Shown here: piece by piece, positions 6,682-10,724 of the stretch
How the letters are laid out: each line of letters starts with the position of its first letter
How positions within the stretch are numbered: the first letter of the stretch is position 1
Source of the DNA: Coleofasciculus chthonoplastes F2-STO-03
GTDB taxonomy: Bacteria > Cyanobacteriota > Cyanobacteriia > Cyanobacteriales > Coleofasciculaceae
Assembly: GCA_040222015.1 (NCBI GenBank)
Contig: JAVJWO010000074.1
Coordinates: forward strand, 1-10,724
DNA: 10,724 nucleotides
Direction of reading: 5' to 3'
The notes under the pieces: model-generated
What the model was told of the DNA's origin: nothing
What the model saw: only the letters and a program-made list of their open reading frames with translations
The model's database searches: none
Translations under genes and position numbers: made by a program

Positions 6682-8301
6682 ATGACAACCACAAAAGCCT
6701 TGCAATTTATGCGGAGAACCGCAGAAGATGAACAACTACAGCAACGCCTAGGGGAATTGATCGGGGTTGGTGATGGGGATATCAGTAGTCAAATGGAACT
6801 CGATGAAGCAGAAGCCGACGCCTTGACGGGCGATCGCGCCCCCTTGGTGGTGAAGTTAGCATCCCAGCAGGGGTTTGAGTTTTCCGTTGACGATTTAAGA
6901 ACCGTCGTCGATGCCTTTGGGCGGTATCAGTTAGGAGAACTCTCGGAAGCCGAGTTCTCGCAACGGATTGGATTATCCAACTTAGAGCAAAACACACCAG
7001 ACAGTATTCCCTCGATTAAAAAGACATTAGAATTTGTCTATCGGGGGACTCGCTATCAACGAATTAATGGCAAACTCGTTCCTGTTATCCAACCCACTAA
7101 TTCTACGCCCAGTGTTCTGGAATTTATGCACAAGACATCTGAAGATCAGGGCTTACAGCAACAATTAGCGACAGTGTTGGGGGTTGGTGATGGAGATATC
7201 AGTAGTCAAATGGAACTCGATGAAGCCGAAGCCGACGCCTTGACGGGCGATCGCGCTCCATTAGTTGTTCAGTTTGCCGCCCAGCAGGGGTTTAACTTTT
7301 CCGTTGAAGACTTAAGAACAACGGTAGATGCGTTTCAACAGTATCAATCAGGCGAAATATCGGCTAACGATTTCTCAAAGATTATTTGTGTATCGAACCT
7401 AGATCAGGGAACAAAAGAAAGTATCTCCTCGATTAACAAAACCTTAGACTATGTCTATCGAGGGACTCGTTATAAACGCATTAATGGTAAGCTAGTCCCC
7501 GTACACGAATCGGTGAATTCTACACCCAATGTCCTGCAATTTATGCAGAAAACGGCTGATGATCCCGAAGTTAAACAAAAATTAGAAGCATTATTGGGAG
7601 TCGGTGACGGCGATATTAGTAGCCATGCCGAATTGGATCAGCAAGAAGCCGCTGCGTTAATCGGCGATCGCGCCCCGTTAGTGGTGAAATTTGCGGCTCA
7701 ACATGGGTTTGACTTTTCCGTTGAACAACTCACCACAGTTGTTGATGGCTTTGTGCGATATAAATCCAATGAACTATCCGATCAAGAGTTAGCTAAAATT
7801 CTGGGATTGTCTGATCAAAAGACACCAGCAAGTTTACCCTCAATTAAACAAACTCTAGAGTTTGTCTATCGCGGAACTCGTTACCAAAAAATTAATGGAC
7901 AATTGGTTCCCGTGGAAAAACCAGCAACGACTGTTCCCAAAGTGTTACAGTTTATGCAGAAAACCGCCGAAGATAAACAACTCCAACAACAACTGGGAAC
8001 ATTACTCGGTGTGGGCGATGGAGACATTAGTAGTTATTCAGAACTCGACACCGCAGAAGCACAAGCCCTCACGAATAACGCCCCGGTGGTGGTAGAGTTT
8101 GCTGCCAAACAGGGTTTTGAGTTTTCCAAAGAGGATTTAATTCGGGTTGTTGATGCCTTTGCACAGTATCAGTCGGGTGAATTATCTGAGAAGGAGTTCT
8201 CCAAAATTATTGGCTTTTCCAGTCAAGGAACGAAAGAAAGTTTTCCTACCCTCAAAAAGCTCGTCAGTTTTCTATCGGGCGGTGCGGGTTCCCCTAACTA
8301 G
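6682..8301 (+). CDS. Tandem-repeat protein with four Nif11-leader-like units, function unknown
   Basis: 539-aa open frame. Each unit reads LQFM.KT.ED..LQQ.L...[GVGDGDISS..ELD..EA.AL]...VV.FAA.QGF.FS.EDL......ELS..E(F/L). The first three units continue with (F/Y)VYRGTRY..ING.LVPV. Confidence 0.8.
   Translation: MTTTKALQFMRRTAEDEQLQQRLGELIGVGDGDISSQMELDEAEADALTGDRAPLVVKLASQQGFEFSVDDLRTVVDAFGRYQLGELSEAEFSQRIGLSNLEQNTPDSIPSIKKTLEFVYRGTRYQRINGKLVPVIQPTNSTPSVLEFMHKTSEDQGLQQQLATVLGVGDGDISSQMELDEAEADALTGDRAPLVVQFAAQQGFNFSVEDLRTTVDAFQQYQSGEISANDFSKIICVSNLDQGTKESISSINKTLDYVYRGTRYKRINGKLVPVHESVNSTPNVLQFMQKTADDPEVKQKLEALLGVGDGDISSHAELDQQEAAALIGDRAPLVVKFAAQHGFDFSVEQLTTVVDGFVRYKSNELSDQELAKILGLSDQKTPASLPSIKQTLEFVYRGTRYQKINGQLVPVEKPATTVPKVLQFMQKTAEDKQLQQQLGTLLGVGDGDISSYSELDTAEAQALTNNAPVVVEFAAKQGFEFSKEDLIRVVDAFAQYQSGELSEKEFSKIIGFSSQGTKESFPTLKKLVSFLSGGAGSPN
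6697..8298 (+). repeat. Intragenic tandem repeat, 4 units (spacing 417, 417, 411 nt; last unit shortened)
   Basis: Homologous FM Met codons at 6709, 7126, 7543 and 7954. Confidence 0.9.
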
Positions 8302-8419
8302 GGGCTGCTGAATAAGTGTAGAGGTGAGGGAGAGCAGGGAGAGAAGCAATGTAGAGACGTGCCATGCGCTACTAATACGCAATTTAAATGCATGACAGCT
8401 TAACCGAATAGTATTGGAT

Positions 8420-8479
8420 GTAGGGGCGGGTTTTTCTACTATCGTTTCGGTTGCACCCATAAGCAACTAAACCCGCCCC
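8420..8479. repeat. REP/REPIN-like inverted-repeat element, copy C
   Basis: GTAGGGGCGGGTTT (8420-33), a 35-nt spacer, then AAACCCGCCCC (8469-79). The complete GTAG arm is on the opposite side from copies A and B. Confidence 0.75.
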
Positions 8480-8492
8480 AATTCTCCCCCTG

Positions 8493-8524
8493 AAAAAACA
8501 CCGATCTCCAGTGAGGAAATCGGT
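8493..8524 (-). terminator. Intrinsic terminator of the small 57-aa gene
   Basis: The - strand reads ACCGATTTCC-TCACT-GGAGATCGGT-G-TTTTTT: a 10-bp stem with one G-U pair and a U6 tract, 26 nt after the stop at 8551. Confidence 0.75.
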
Positions 8525-8550
8525 AGTATTCATGTCTAACCACTAGTGAA

Positions 8551-8724
8551 TTAGTCCAAATAGCCCATGAGTTCATCACTCGATTCAGTCGCATTAGCCG
8601 CAATCGGACGATTATTCGGTAAAGGCTGAACATCCAGCGCGGTTACATTTTGATTTCGTCTCGCTAGCGCTTGTTGTGTCTCAGCTTGAGTGCTTCTATT
8701 TTTGGTTGTTGTTCTATCTGCCAT
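8551..8724 (-). CDS. Small hypothetical protein (57 aa), not in the ORF track
   Basis: Manual translation: MADRTTTKNRSTQAETQQALARRNQNVTALDVQPLPNNRPIAANATESSDELMGYLD*. Has its own terminator and an AT-rich upstream region. The C-terminal LPNNRPIA...LMGYLD resembles, from memory, a conserved cyanobacterial hypothetical motif. Confidence 0.7.
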   Translation of the reverse strand: MADRTTTKNRSTQAETQQALARRNQNVTALDVQPLPNNRPIAANATESSDELMGYLD

Positions 8725-8762
8725 AATCTATTACTGTTAAATGGGCTTCTAATCCCAAAATC

Positions 8763-8780
8763 GCTACAAAATATTACAAT
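8763..8780. promoter_or_regulatory. HLR1-like direct repeat (possible RpaB site)
   Basis: GCTACAAA-AT-ATTACAAT against the consensus (G/T)TTACA(T/A)(T/A)-N2-(G/T)TTACA(T/A)(T/A), one mismatch per half. Lies about 40-55 nt upstream of the small ORF. Confidence 0.35.
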
Positions 8781-8837
8781 TATTTTATAGTTTAACAATT
8801 CTGCACGAAAAAAGAAAATTAACCAACCCACCAGCTA

Positions 8838-8871
8838 AATGTAGAGACGTAGCATGCTACGTCTCTACATT
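8838..8871. repeat. Perfect 34-bp palindrome, GTAG-type REP
   Basis: AATGTAGAGACGTAGCA|TGCTACGTCTCTACATT, 10 nt downstream of the ilvD stop. Partial copies at 8348-8366 and about 961-977. Confidence 0.85.
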
Positions 8872-8881
8872 GCCCAAGGAA

Positions 8882-10564
8882 TCACAAATTCAAATCCGTC
8901 ACCGCACCCATACTGCTAGAAGACACTAATTTGGCATACTTCGCCAGCACTCCTTTGGTATATCGGGGTTTGGGAGGTTGCCACTTGGCGCGGCGTTGTT
9001 GCAGTTCCTGATCAGATATATTGATCTGTAATAATCGCGCCGGAGCATCAATCGTAATCGAATCCCCTTCTTCGACTAACGCGATCGCACCTCCAACGGC
9101 AGCTTCTGGGGCAACATGACCGACTACCATACCATAAGTCCCCCCAGAAAAGCGACCATCGGTAATTAATCCCACCGAATCCCCTAACCCCGCACCAATA
9201 ATCGCTGACGTGGGCGCTAACATTTCCCGCATTCCTGGACCTCCTTTGGGTCCTTCATACCGCACCACAATCACATCTCCCGCCTGAATCTTACCCGCCA
9301 AAATTGCATCCAAACAATCTTCCTCGGATTCAAACACACGCGCAGGACCGTTGATTTGGGGCGTTTTCACCCCCGTAATCTTTGCCACCGCGCCTTCGGT
9401 TGCCAAATTTCCTTTTAAAATCGACAGGTGTCCTTGGCTATACATGGGATTATCCCAGGGACGAATTACATCTTGATCCGGGGGCGGTTCATCGGGTACA
9501 TCAGCTAATACTTCCGCTACGGTTTTCCCGGTAATCGTTAATGCTTCACCCTGTAATAAATCATGGACTAGCAGCATTTTCATCACTTGGGGAATACCGC
9601 CAACCTGGTGTAAATTCGTGGTCACATATCTGCCACTGGGTTTAAGATCACACAGAACCGGAACTCTAGCGCGAATCGTTTCAAAGTCATCCAGAGTTAA
9701 ATTTACCCCGATCGCACGGGCAATTGCCAGTAAATGCAGTACCGCATTCGTTGATCCACCCACTGCCATAATTACCGAAATGGCATTTTCAAAAGCTTGG
9801 CGAGTTAAAATCTGTTGGGGTAGAATTTGCTGACGAATCGCATCAACCAGAACAAACGCCGATTTTTCCGTACTGTCCGCTTTTTCGGCATCTTCGGCTG
9901 CCATTGTTGAGGAATAGGGTAAACTCATTCCCATGGCTTCAAATGCCGAGGACATGGTGTTGGCGGTGAACATTCCGCCACAAGAACCTGCACCGGGACA
10001 AGCGTTTCGTTCGACGGCTACCAGTTGTTCTTCAGTAATCTTACCCGCACTATGTTGTCCCACCGCTTCAAAGGCGCTGACAACGGTTAAATCTTGTCCA
10101 TCCAGATGTCCGGGTTTAATGGTTCCCCCATAAACAAAGATGGCAGGAATATTCAGCCGCGCGATCGCAATCATCGCTCCAGGCATATTCTTATCACAGC
10201 CACCAATTGCCAGCACCCCATCCATACTTTGACCATTACAGACGGTTTCAATGGAGTCAGCAATCACTTCCCGTGACACCAGGGAATATTTCATCCCCTC
10301 GGTTCCCATAGAGATACCATCGCTAATGGTAATCGTACCAAAGACTTGCGGCATTGCCCCCGCTTGTTTTAATCCGGCTTCTGCCCGCAGCGCCAACTCA
10401 TTGATGCCCATATTACAGGGCGTGATTGTACTATACCCATTCGCTAACCCAACGATTGGCTTAGTAAAATCGCGATCGCTAAAACCGACAGCACGAAGCA
10501 TGGCACGATTTGGCGATCGCTGCACACCTTGGGTAACGACTTGACTTCTCAGGTTATCTGACAT
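8882..10564 (-). CDS. ilvD: Dihydroxy-acid dehydratase
   Basis: Motifs [71 protein letters not shown] and [16 protein letters not shown] near 10575-10579. Confidence 0.97.
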   Translation of the reverse strand: MSDNLRSQVVTQGVQRSPNRAMLRAVGFSDRDFTKPIVGLANGYSTITPCNMGINELALRAEAGLKQAGAMPQVFGTITISDGISMGTEGMKYSLVSREVIADSIETVCNGQSMDGVLAIGGCDKNMPGAMIAIARLNIPAIFVYGGTIKPGHLDGQDLTVVSAFEAVGQHSAGKITEEQLVAVERNACPGAGSCGGMFTANTMSSAFEAMGMSLPYSSTMAAEDAEKADSTEKSAFVLVDAIRQQILPQQILTRQAFENAISVIMAVGGSTNAVLHLLAIARAIGVNLTLDDFETIRARVPVLCDLKPSGRYVTTNLHQVGGIPQVMKMLLVHDLLQGEALTITGKTVAEVLADVPDEPPPDQDVIRPWDNPMYSQGHLSILKGNLATEGAVAKITGVKTPQINGPARVFESEEDCLDAILAGKIQAGDVIVVRYEGPKGGPGMREMLAPTSAIIGAGLGDSVGLITDGRFSGGTYGMVVGHVAPEAAVGGAIALVEEGDSITIDAPARLLQINISDQELQQRRAKWQPPKPRYTKGVLAKYAKLVSSSSMGAVTDLNL

Positions 10565-10602
10565 TGGCTTAATTTCCTTTGTTAATAAACTACCCAGACC
10601 TG

Positions 10603-10722
10603 CTAAGAGCTGAGGTCTGGGTTTTTAGTAGCCCTGAAGTCATTGAACAAGCTAAGACTTCGGCGTGAGCGCTCAGTCGAACGCTGAACATACTCGATAG
10701 TTCGGCTTAGCTTGCACGATAA
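10603..10722 (-). CDS. tnpB: Probable C-terminal tail of TnpB (partial; 5' part outside the window)
   Basis: Open frame from the window edge: [13 protein letters not shown][RSTERSRRS][17 protein letters not shown]. The stop falls within the right-end hairpin loop, as is usual for tnpB. No RuvC or zinc-finger motifs are visible in the window. Confidence 0.55.
   Translation of the reverse strand, partial: LSCKLSRTIEYVQRSTERSRRSLSLFNDFRATKNPDLSS
10657..10683. repeat. 27-nt palindromic small dispersed repeat, apparently inserted in-frame in tnpB
   Basis: ACTTCGGCGTGAGCGCTCAGTCGAACG: central palindrome TGAGCGCTCA flanked by TTCGGC/GTCGAA. Removing it restores ...VQLSLF... Confidence 0.55.
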
Positions 10723-10724
10723 CC

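Larger units (their letters stand above)
23..10520. repeat. HIP1 octamer GCGATCGC, dispersed (at least 17 copies)
   Basis: Copies start at 23, 361, 1630, 2481, 2991, 3644, 3893, 4241, 6223, 6352, 6830, 7247, 7664, 9081, 10161, 10472 and 10513. Fewer than one is expected by chance in 10.7 kb. Hallmark of cyanobacterial genomes. Confidence 0.95.
10585..10724 (-). mobile_element. Right end / reRNA region of an IS200/IS605-family tnpB element, truncated by the window edge
   Basis: The - strand reads ...TCAGGGCTACTAAAAACCCAGACCT-CAGCTCTTAGC-AGGTCTGGGTAGTTTAT. This gives a 10-bp subterminal hairpin (10592-10601/10613-10622) and a GGGTAGTTTA(T) terminus like cyanobacterial IS200/IS605 right ends. 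An upstream hairpin CAAGCTAAG/CTTAGCTTG is also present. Confidence 0.7.

Noticed and set aside
64..8479. REP doublets with 35-39-nt variable spacers as a CRISPR array
   Set aside because: The arms are inverted rather than direct, the copies are dispersed rather than tandem, and no cas genes are present.
8439..8633. 64-aa - strand ORF from the track
   Set aside because: It overlaps the better-supported 8551-8724 ORF in another frame and runs through a terminator and a REP element.
238..10544. Other short ORFs in the track (238, 872, 3118, 3124, 3173, 3481, 4124, 4971, 6782, 7862, 8272, 9618, 9933, 10094, 10251)
   Set aside because: These are antisense or alternate-frame shadows of well-supported genes, or they cross repeats. 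No recognisable motifs.
10592..10626. Hairpin upstream of ilvD as an amino-acid attenuator or riboswitch terminator
   Set aside because: The U-tract is on the wrong strand for ilvD, no Ile/Leu/Val-rich leader peptide is evident, and the sequence is better explained as an IS200/IS605 right end.

Overview
Cyanobacterial chromosomal window: at least 17 HIP1 octamers (GCGATCGC), plus REP-like and heptamer repeats typical of filamentous cyanobacteria. Minus-strand genes encode an AhpC/TSA-type thioredoxin-family protein, the clock-output regulator RpaA, a Ser/Thr kinase with a TM segment and 10 TPRs, a pentapeptide-repeat protein, a VapC/antitoxin pair, a 57-aa protein missed by the ORF track, and IlvD. 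The only substantial plus-strand gene encodes a 539-aa protein made of four tandem Nif11-leader-like units. Two OMEGA (IS200/IS605) elements appear that the ORF track does not show. (1) An apparently intact IscB-type omega-RNA/HEARO scaffold with no iscB gene lies divergent from the rpaA promoter (about 1942-2176). (2) The 3' end and right end of a tnpB-type element stops about 20 nt before the ilvD start codon, so its predicted guide is the ilvD ribosome-binding region. That TnpB tail carries an apparent in-frame 27-nt palindromic insert splitting a QLSLF motif. All family assignments come from recognising motifs by eye; no database searches were run.
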